Assembly: GCA_040905565.1 (NCBI GenBank)
Contig: JBBDRF010000007.1
Location: 26,601 to 58,367 of the forward strand
Origin: Phycisphaeraceae bacterium
GTDB taxonomy: Bacteria; Planctomycetota; Phycisphaerae; Phycisphaerales; Zrk34
DNA length: 31,767 nucleotides
Reading direction: 5' to 3'
Part shown: positions 26,934 to 31,767 of the stretch, piece after piece
How positions within the stretch are numbered: position 1 is the stretch's first letter
Layout: every line of letters starts with the position of its first letter
Program-made: the position numbers and the translations under genes
The notes under the pieces: generated by a model
What the model saw: only the letters and a program-made list of their open reading frames with translations
Told to the model about the DNA's origin: nothing
Database searches by the model: none

Positions 26934-27566
26934 ATGTTTCCCCCTGACGATCCGCCCAAACCAGACGAACCGACCCCCCCCACCGATCCCGCAGAGACTC
27001 CAGCCGCTTCGGAGCCGACTGCCGAAACCGAAGCTGCGTCTGCCGCTCAGCCGCGCCGCAACCCGCGTGTGGTGATGGAAACCTCAGCTGGCGTGATGAC
27101 GCTCGAACTGCTTGAGGATGTCGCCCCGCGCACCGCTGCCCACTTCATGCAGCTGGTGCACGACGGCTTCTACGACGGCCGCTCGTTCCACCGCATCATT
27201 CCCGACTTCATCATCCAGGGCGGCTGCCCGTTCCACGACGGCACCGGCGGCTGCGGGTACACCATCAATCCCGAGTTCAACGACACGCCTCACGACCGAG
27301 GCGTCGTTTCCATGGCACGCACCGCCGACCCCTACTCCGCCAGCGCGCAGTTCTTCATCTGCCTGCAACGTGAGAACTGCGCCCATCTCGACGGCCAGTA
27401 CACCGCCTTCGCCAAGGTCGTCGACGGCCTGCACGCCCTCGATGAAATGGCCGCGATGCCTCTGACCAACTACGAACTGGGCACCCCCGCCGATCCGCCG
27501 ATGATCCACCACGTCTACGTCGAAGACCATGGCCATGACCATCACGACCACCACGACGCGCCCTGA
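26934..27566 (+). CDS. Cyclophilin-type peptidyl-prolyl isomerase with Pro/acidic N-extension and His-rich C-tail
   Basis: GFYDG..FHRIIPDFIIQGG, SMART, SASAQFFI and HLDGQYTAF motifs, GAGG RBS. Confidence 0.92.
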   Translation: MFPPDDPPKPDEPTPPTDPAETPAASEPTAETEAASAAQPRRNPRVVMETSAGVMTLELLEDVAPRTAAHFMQLVHDGFYDGRSFHRIIPDFIIQGGCPFHDGTGGCGYTINPEFNDTPHDRGVVSMARTADPYSASAQFFICLQRENCAHLDGQYTAFAKVVDGLHALDEMAAMPLTNYELGTPADPPMIHHVYVEDHGHDHHDHHDAP

Positions 27567-27602
27567 ACCACCTGCCCTTCCGCACCGATCAAGCCCCATC
27601 AC

Positions 27603-28121
27603 ATGACGCACGACCAACTCGCCAAACGTATCGCCGACGTCGCTCTGCTGCGTGGCAGCTTCACCCTCCGAAGCGGCCGCACGAGCGACTATTACCTCGA
27701 TAAGTATCTCTTCAGCACGCAGCCGGACATTCTCCGTGAGCTCGGCAAGTGCTTCGCCAAACGCATCGAAGAGCAGACCACCCGCCTGGCTGGTGCGGAG
27801 CTCGGCGGCATCCCGCTGGTCGCTGCAGCCAGTCTCGCCACAGGGCTGCCGTGTTTGTTCATCCGCAACCAGAAAAAAGACTACGGCACCAGCCAGCAGC
27901 TCGAAGGCAAACTCGAAGCAAACGACCGCGTCGTCCTACTCGAAGACGTCTGCACGACCGGCGGCCAAATCCTCGAAGCCGCCAAGGTCATCGAAGCCAC
28001 CGGCGCACAAGTCACCCAGATCATCGGCACCATCGACCGCGAAGAAGGTGCCCGCGAAAACATCGAAGCAGCCGGCTACACATTCCAGGCCCTCTTCACC
28101 AAAACCGACCTCGGCGTCTAA
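27603..28121 (+). CDS. pyrE: Orotate phosphoribosyltransferase
   Basis: G.FTLRSGRTSDYYLDK, IR...K.YGT and the PRPP loop LLEDVCTTGG. Confidence 0.94.
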   Translation: MTHDQLAKRIADVALLRGSFTLRSGRTSDYYLDKYLFSTQPDILRELGKCFAKRIEEQTTRLAGAELGGIPLVAAASLATGLPCLFIRNQKKDYGTSQQLEGKLEANDRVVLLEDVCTTGGQILEAAKVIEATGAQVTQIIGTIDREEGARENIEAAGYTFQALFTKTDLGV

Positions 28122-28171
28122 CCCCCCCCACCTTGTCCCGCCTGATTTTTGGGCGTTTACGGCTTGCCTAG

Positions 28172-28195
28172 AGCCGGCTCGTCCCCGAGCCGGTT
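28172..28195. terminator. GC-rich hairpin between convergent pyrE and PTPS genes
   Basis: AGCCGGCTCG-TCCC-CGAGCCGGTT forms a 10-bp stem with only a short T run. Confidence 0.5.
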
Positions 28196-28214
28196 TCCCC
28201 GCCCCCCACACACA

Positions 28215-28580
28215 TCAACCCATAAAAGTCGCACGGCAGCCGGGCGCTTCGGTCACGGTGACACGCGTCAACTTCACCCGGTCCGGCAACGGCGGCGCGA
28301 TCAGCTGATAGATCCGCTCAGCCACACGCTCAGCTGAGGGGTTCATCCCCGCGAAGGCTTCCACGTCATTCAGGTGCGTCCCCTCTAGCGGGGCCAGCGC
28401 GTCGCTGACGATCTGCTCCAACGCGTGGAAATCCATCACGACTTCGATTTCATCCAGATCCGCCGACTGCACATGCACCAGCACCCGCCAGGCGTGCAGA
28501 TGAGGCGTTTCCATTACGCCGTCGTACAGCCGCAACGCATGCGAGGCCCGGAAAACACGTTCAATACGAAGCTCGTACAC
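28215..28580 (-). CDS. 6-pyruvoyl/6-carboxy-tetrahydropterin synthase (PTPS/QueD) family protein, Cys-less variant
   Basis: F.ASH, ETPHLH, MDF, LN, NPSAE..A and V.E motifs. GTG start with GGAG RBS. Confidence 0.88.
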   Translation of the reverse strand: MYELRIERVFRASHALRLYDGVMETPHLHAWRVLVHVQSADLDEIEVVMDFHALEQIVSDALAPLEGTHLNDVEAFAGMNPSAERVAERIYQLIAPPLPDRVKLTRVTVTEAPGCRATFMG

Positions 28581-28678
28581 AAAGGGCTCCCTGAGTGATG
28601 GTGCGCAAGACGAATGAGTATCACCAACACCCGAGATTTCTCAAGCCCCCCGCCATACACCTACACATACAGCATGCA

Positions 28679-30127
28679 CTACGCCGTTTCCTGCAGTGCC
28701 TCTTCGCGTTCGACTTCCTGCGTCTGCCCGGGCCGATAGATCGGGCGTGAAACTTTGATACTGCCGCCTGGCACCGCTGCGAGATCGATCACCTCATCCA
28801 GTGGCGCGCCGGTGGTATCCATCAGCCGCACGACCGGCCGATCCAGTTGATGGGCATGCGTCGCCACCACATAGGCCAGTCGTCCATCGCTGAGTTTCAG
28901 GTGCGATCCCACGGGAAAAAGGCCGGCCGCCTGCACGAGTCCGCGGGTGGCGACCTTGTCGAACACACCGCTGGAAGCCGCCCGGATGATCTGTTCCATC
29001 ACGTGATAAGGAAGCTTGGCGGAGCGATGGAAACGCGGCGCGGTGGCCGCTGCGAAAACATCCGCCACCGCCAGCACGCTCGCCAGATCGCAAAGCTGCT
29101 GGCTTCGGCAGCGCCGCGGATAGCCCATGCCGTTCTCCCGCTCGTGATGTTGATAAATCGCCCGCCGCACCATCGCGTCCAGGCCGTCGACGCCCCTCAG
29201 CATGCCGACGCTGTACGCGGGGTGGTGGTCGAGTACCTTCCGATCCTCTTCGTTCAGCTTCGCGTCCCCGTTGCGAATGCTGGCCGGCAGTAGCAGCATG
29301 CCTACGTCGGCGAAGAGCGCCGCCATGCCCGCCCGCCGAACATTGTCGGGGGACCATGACAGCTGCGCCGCCGTCGCCATCGCCAGCACCGCGACCGAGT
29401 ACGCCTGATCCGCGAGGTAACCCTGCCGTCGCCGACAGAGCAGCGCCAGCTGCGTAAAACGTTCGCGATGGTCCACCAGCCGTTGGTACAGCCGCTCGAT
29501 CAGCGCTGCGATTTTCGAAATATCCACAGGCCCGCCAGCGACCAACTGTGCGAACCATTGGTCGACCCGTTCGATCTCCTGCTCACGTGCCTCAGCCAGT
29601 TGCTCCTCGCTCGGCCAGCTTGCCTGTGGCGAAGCAGATCGCAGTTGCCATACCGACTTCAGCGCCGGCTCGATGCGACCAGACGGCGCTTCCGCGTCAT
29701 CGACGACGTCCGCCTCCGCCAGCTTCGCCATCAGCGTGCGTCCCACGTCGGTCAGCCCGCCGCTGATGAGTTCAACGGTGTCAGCGGATCGGTAGGCGCC
29801 GGCAGCAAGACCAGCAAGATGATGCCGCTCCACGAGCTGACCCCGCGTCAGCAGCAACCGCCCCCATCGGCTGACCACCTCCGTCGCCGCCGACGTCCCT
29901 TCCTTGGGAGCCTCACTGGCCGGGATCCGCTCCAGCAATCCGGCATCGGCCAGCTCCTCCGGCCCCCTCGCGAGATAATAATCAGCATCGGGCAGCGTCC
30001 GCACGATCTGGATGTGCTCGACGCGAAGCGAACAGCCCAACTCGGCGAGCTTCTCACCGTTGCCGCGCAGCAGCGCCTGCTCAAGCTGAACACCTACCCG
30101 GAGCTTCGTGCTTGCGATCTTCTCCAT
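28679..30127 (-). CDS. HD-GYP domain protein with degenerate active site
   Basis: HHERENGMGYP, AVAD and GLFPVGS..KLSDGR..VV...DRPVV are present, but the HD dyad reads 'AD' (ALFADVGM). Start at ATG 30127 with AGAGGA RBS. Confidence 0.85.
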   Translation of the reverse strand: MEKIASTKLRVGVQLEQALLRGNGEKLAELGCSLRVEHIQIVRTLPDADYYLARGPEELADAGLLERIPASEAPKEGTSAATEVVSRWGRLLLTRGQLVERHHLAGLAAGAYRSADTVELISGGLTDVGRTLMAKLAEADVVDDAEAPSGRIEPALKSVWQLRSASPQASWPSEEQLAEAREQEIERVDQWFAQLVAGGPVDISKIAALIERLYQRLVDHRERFTQLALLCRRRQGYLADQAYSVAVLAMATAAQLSWSPDNVRRAGMAALFADVGMLLLPASIRNGDAKLNEEDRKVLDHHPAYSVGMLRGVDGLDAMVRRAIYQHHERENGMGYPRRCRSQQLCDLASVLAVADVFAAATAPRFHRSAKLPYHVMEQIIRAASSGVFDKVATRGLVQAAGLFPVGSHLKLSDGRLAYVVATHAHQLDRPVVRLMDTTGAPLDEVIDLAAVPGGSIKVSRPIYRPGQTQEVEREEALQETA

Positions 30128-30242
30128 CGGTCCTCTTCTTCCTCCCTGGCTGTCGGCCCCGGTCCAGTGCAAGCATCGGCAAGCGCCGCGGCGAAGTTGA
30201 CTGGCATTTGTGAGACTTTTCCGCGTACGCCCGCCCCGCCCC

Positions 30243-30271
30243 TTGTACGCACTGCTATATCGTTCTATTTT
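30243..30271 (+). promoter_or_regulatory. Sigma70-type promoter of the phosphohexomutase gene
   Basis: TTGTAC-N17-TATTTT upstream of ATG 30330. Confidence 0.45.
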
Positions 30272-30329
30272 GACCGCGGGTACCAGCATTCGTTTGAGCA
30301 CTTCCAGCCGAATTGGGGACGATTGATTC

Positions 30330-31697
30330 ATGTCAGATTCCAAACTCATGCTCTCGATCAGCGGGCTACGCGGCATCGTCGGCGACAGCCTCAACCCCGA
30401 GGTCGCCGCCCGCTTCGCCGCCGCCGTCGGCTCTCACTTCCGCCAGGCCACCGGCAAGGAGCACCCGCTCGTCGTCCTCGGCCGCGACAGCCGACCCTCC
30501 GGCCTCATGATCGAACAAGCCGCCATCGCAGGCCTCACCGCCACCGGCTGCCGCGTCGTCGTCCTCGGCATCGCCACCACCCCCTCCGTCGCCATCATGG
30601 TCGACCATCTCCACGCCGACGGCGGCCTCGTCCTCACCGCAAGCCACAACCCCATCATGTGGAACGGCATCAAAACACTCCGCCACGACGGCGTCGCCCC
30701 GCCCCCCGATCAGGCCGCCGCCATCATCGAACGCTTCCACCACGGCCCGCTCGATTACGTCGATGTGCAAAGTCTTCAACCGAACACACGCGACGAAACC
30801 ACCGCCGACGTTCATATTCAGCGCATCCTCCCGCACGTGGATGTTGAGCGCATCCGCAGCCGCAAACTCAAGGTCGTCCTCGACAGCGTCCACGGTGCCG
30901 GCGGCCCCGCCACGGCCATGCTCATGCAGGAGCTCGGCGTCGAACTCGTCCACCTTTACGCCCAGCCGACCGGCCAATTCCCCCACACCCCCGAGCCCAC
31001 CGCCGAGAACCTCACAGGCCTCTGCGAAGCGGTGCAGGAACACAATGCCGACATCGGCCTGGCGCAGGATCCAGATGCCGACCGCCTCGCACTGGTCGAT
31101 CAGAACGGCGTCTACATTGGTGAAGAATACACCCTCGCCCTCTGTGCCGAGCACGTCCTCAGCCGCACGCCCGGCCCCGTGGCTGCGAACCTCTCGACCT
31201 CCCGCATGCTCGACGACGTTGCTGCCCGCTACGGCTGCACGGTCCACCGCACCCCCGTCGGTGAAGCGAACGTTGCCGACGCCATGAAGCAGCACCACGC
31301 CGTCGTCGGCGGCGAAGGCAACGGCGGCATCATCTTCCCGCCGGTCATCCATGTCCGCGATTCGCTCTCCGGAGCGGCCCTCATCCTCGACCTGCTCGCT
31401 GCCAGCGGTGAATCGCTTTCGCAGCTCGTCCGCCGCATCCCCGCCTACAGCATCGTGAAGGACAAACTGCCGGTGCGCGACGGTGTGGCCGAGAACATCG
31501 GCCCCCGCCTTGAAAGGCGATTCGCCGGCGAAAAGATCGATCAGCAGGACGGCATCCGCATCGACACCGCCGACGCCTGGGTTCACGTGCGCCCCTCGAA
31601 CACCGAGCCGATCCTCCGCATCATCGCCGAAGCTGCCGACCCCGAAACCGCCCGCCAACTCATCAAACAGGTCCGCGAAGAGATCGACCAACTCTAA
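30330..31697 (+). CDS. glmM: Alpha-D-phosphohexomutase (phosphoglucosamine mutase / PMM-PGM family)
   Basis: SISGLRG, GRDSRPSG, catalytic TASHNP, metal loop DPDADR, GGEGNGG and RPSNTEP. Substrate specificity (GlmM or PMM/PGM) is not certain. Confidence 0.8.
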   Translation: MSDSKLMLSISGLRGIVGDSLNPEVAARFAAAVGSHFRQATGKEHPLVVLGRDSRPSGLMIEQAAIAGLTATGCRVVVLGIATTPSVAIMVDHLHADGGLVLTASHNPIMWNGIKTLRHDGVAPPPDQAAAIIERFHHGPLDYVDVQSLQPNTRDETTADVHIQRILPHVDVERIRSRKLKVVLDSVHGAGGPATAMLMQELGVELVHLYAQPTGQFPHTPEPTAENLTGLCEAVQEHNADIGLAQDPDADRLALVDQNGVYIGEEYTLALCAEHVLSRTPGPVAANLSTSRMLDDVAARYGCTVHRTPVGEANVADAMKQHHAVVGGEGNGGIIFPPVIHVRDSLSGAALILDLLAASGESLSQLVRRIPAYSIVKDKLPVRDGVAENIGPRLERRFAGEKIDQQDGIRIDTADAWVHVRPSNTEPILRIIAEAADPETARQLIKQVREEIDQL

Positions 31698-31712
31698 ATG
31701 CAAACGCCCAGA

Positions 31713-31727
31713 ACGAGCCGCGACCGT
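31713..31727 (+). repeat. Truncated family B repeat after glmM
   Basis: ACGAGCCGCGACCGT is identical to the first 15 nt of the 13615-13644 unit read on the minus strand. Confidence 0.55.
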
Positions 31728-31767
31728 AACAGTCTTTTTCATCTCTTGCGTAAGTCGTTGATTTTCG

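Overview
GC-rich chromosomal segment of mostly housekeeping genes, most likely from a Planctomycetota (Phycisphaerae-like) bacterium. That placement is inferred from a DUF1570-type HExxH protein, a very long Zn-ribbon-containing LepB and the style of the intergenic repeats. About 27 genes are supported: cysC, a PfkB kinase, a YvlD/holin-like membrane protein, DUF1444, a PrcB-type lipoprotein, DUF1570, a GH2+GH1-like glycosidase pair, a HEAT-like exported protein, rex, mqnE, a bPH_2 protein, aspartate kinase, typA/bipA, an exported hypothetical, a BioF-family PLP enzyme, a YheT hydrolase, lepB, rpsA, VIT1/CCC1, a PpiD/SurA-like chaperone, pfkA, a cyclophilin, pyrE, a PTPS/QueD-family protein, a degenerate HD-GYP protein and a phosphohexomutase (glmM-like). 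No transposase, integrase, phage gene, CRISPR array, rRNA or tRNA was seen. The most unusual signal is non-coding: at least four unrelated families of short palindromic REP-like repeats, several arranged as inverted doublets (REPIN-like), one of them supplying the C-terminus of a gene. Other points of interest are a strongly structured long leader before the glycosidase operon, three apparently leaderless genes, a catalytically degenerate HD-GYP, an ExxHLH PTPS variant and a cyclophilin with a His-rich tail. I did not find a clear-cut novel multi-gene system.
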